A stretch of DNA of 25,671 nucleotides from Phycisphaerae bacterium (GTDB lineage Bacteria > Planctomycetota > Phycisphaerae > Sedimentisphaerales > Anaerobacaceae): the NCBI GenBank assembly GCA_030602845.1, contig JAUVYZ010000001.1:1-25671 (forward strand). Direction: 5' to 3'. How positions within the stretch are numbered: position 1 is the stretch's first letter; each line of letters starts with the position of its first letter. The notes below the pieces were generated by a model. It was not told the DNA's origin. It saw only the letters and a program-made list of their open reading frames with translations, and made no database searches. The translations under genes and the position numbers were made by a program. Of this stretch, positions 24,630 to 25,671 are shown piece after piece.

Positions 24630-25313
24630 CTACCATAAAGCCGGGTTCTTTGCAGCAGGACAATACTTGGAAATCGGGCAATTTTCACAGTCCGGCTTAC
24701 GGGCGCGGCAATACTTCCGCCCATGAAAAATCAACAAGTGACTGAACGTCGTCCAGTTGCTCTCTGGCACTATTTCGGCCAAATCAAATTCCAACTTTAC
24801 CGCATCGCTGTTTTCGGAAAGTCCCAGCCGCCGCGACAGCCGAATAACGTGAGTATCGCAGGCTATCGCCGGCTTGCCGAAAGCATTGCCCAACACAACG
24901 TTGGCCGTCTTTCTGCCCACGCCCCGAAGCTGCAAAAGCTCTTCCATTGTATCAGGGACTTTGCCGCCGAACTGCTCAATTATCCCTGCACAGGCGCGGT
25001 TGATACTGATTGCCTTATTGTGATAGAAACCCGTACTTCTTATGTCCGACTCAATCTCTTTTATATCAGCTCTTGCCCAATCCTCAGCCGATTTATATTT
25101 CTTGAACAAATCAGGAGTAATCATATTGACGCGCACGTCCGTGCACTGTGCCGACAGAATCGTTGCAATCAGCAGCTCCAGCGGATTCTTAAACCTCAGT
25201 GCGGTTTTCGCCTGCGGGTATATTTTGTTCAATCTCGGCCAAATCTTTTTGACCCGCTCAGCCGCCTCGGCCTTATCAACCTTTATTTTTTTTGCCGTTG
25301 TTTTTTTTGCCAT
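24630..25313 (-). CDS. nth: Endonuclease III
   Basis: LLIATILSAQCTD, HhH GVGRKTANVVL, DTHV, [4Fe-4S] CRARKPDCENCPISKYC. Confidence 0.96.
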   Translation of the reverse strand: MAKKTTAKKIKVDKAEAAERVKKIWPRLNKIYPQAKTALRFKNPLELLIATILSAQCTDVRVNMITPDLFKKYKSAEDWARADIKEIESDIRSTGFYHNKAISINRACAGIIEQFGGKVPDTMEELLQLRGVGRKTANVVLGNAFGKPAIACDTHVIRLSRRLGLSENSDAVKLEFDLAEIVPESNWTTFSHLLIFHGRKYCRARKPDCENCPISKYCPAAKNPALW

Positions 25314-25336
25314 AGTTGCACTATTTCACTTTTACC

Positions 25337-25671
25337 TCACTCACGTTCGGGGCTCTGTGCTCCCTGTTTTCTGTCTTCTGTATTTAGAAGTTTTTCCAGA
25401 AGCTTTTTTAGTTTTTTGGCAAAAAATATCCTATGGAATCTCTCCGGCTCTTTCTCGCCGGGCATATACAATATGCTTACCGGAACACCGGGTTCTTCAT
25501 ACTTGTTTTTCAAAGCAAGTGTCGCCGGATAATCTGCAACCGTGGTATCGGCCTCAATCGCTAAAACACCTTTTTCCTCGATCAGTTTAGCGATGTCTTT
25601 GCGCCCGTAAACCACTTTATCCACAATTGCGCAAACAGCACACCAATCAGCGGTAAACTTGATTAAGACAG
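25337..25671 (-). CDS. C-terminal thioredoxin domain of a DsbD-like thiol:disulfide interchange protein (5' part outside the window)
   Basis: Reading the frame back to the edge gives VLIKFTADWCAVCAIVDKVVY...EADTT...GVP, i.e. a WCxxC site and cis-Pro GVP typical of the DsbD gamma domain. Confidence 0.8.
   Translation of the reverse strand, partial: VLIKFTADWCAVCAIVDKVVYGRKDIAKLIEEKGVLAIEADTTVADYPATLALKNKYEEPGVPVSILYMPGEKEPERFHRIFFAKKLKKLLEKLLNTEDRKQGAQSPERE

Noticed and set aside
24723-25590. 269-aa and 182-aa plus-strand ORFs
   Set aside because: Antisense shadows of nth and dsbD.

Overview
A mostly housekeeping bacterial segment, inferred to be Planctomycetota (Phycisphaerae/Sedimentisphaerales-like) from the expanded ~1160-aa SecA, Tat-exported sugar enzymes and the DUF5703-type glycosidase. 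Gene order: partial secreted coiled-coil ORF and glyA (-); TPR protein, rpsT, three short cassette-like genes, a DUF5703/GH95-like enzyme, rnr, a Tat TIM-barrel plus Gfo/Idh/MocA pair, efp and secA (+); nrdJ, two hypotheticals and apbE (-); a TIGR03960-like radical SAM gene (+); LOG family, nth and partial dsbD (-). No rRNA, tRNA, CRISPR, transposase or integrase gene is visible. The unusual content is mostly non-coding. (1) At least eight 7-bp-period tandem arrays with different unit sequences, plus 9-bp and 19-bp arrays, sit in promoters and leaders, often as inverted pairs, and one lies inside a CDS. (2) Two hairpin families (TAAA-loop REP-like hairpins and CCCCGTTAGAA-ended miniature elements) share a TTAG foot. 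(3) There is a decayed attC-like cassette cluster behind rpsT with no integrase. At protein level, SecA has a five-fold amplified wing-domain module, EF-P has a KLGKGG loop, and NrdJ lacks its C-terminal cysteine domain. All calls are by eye; no searches were run.
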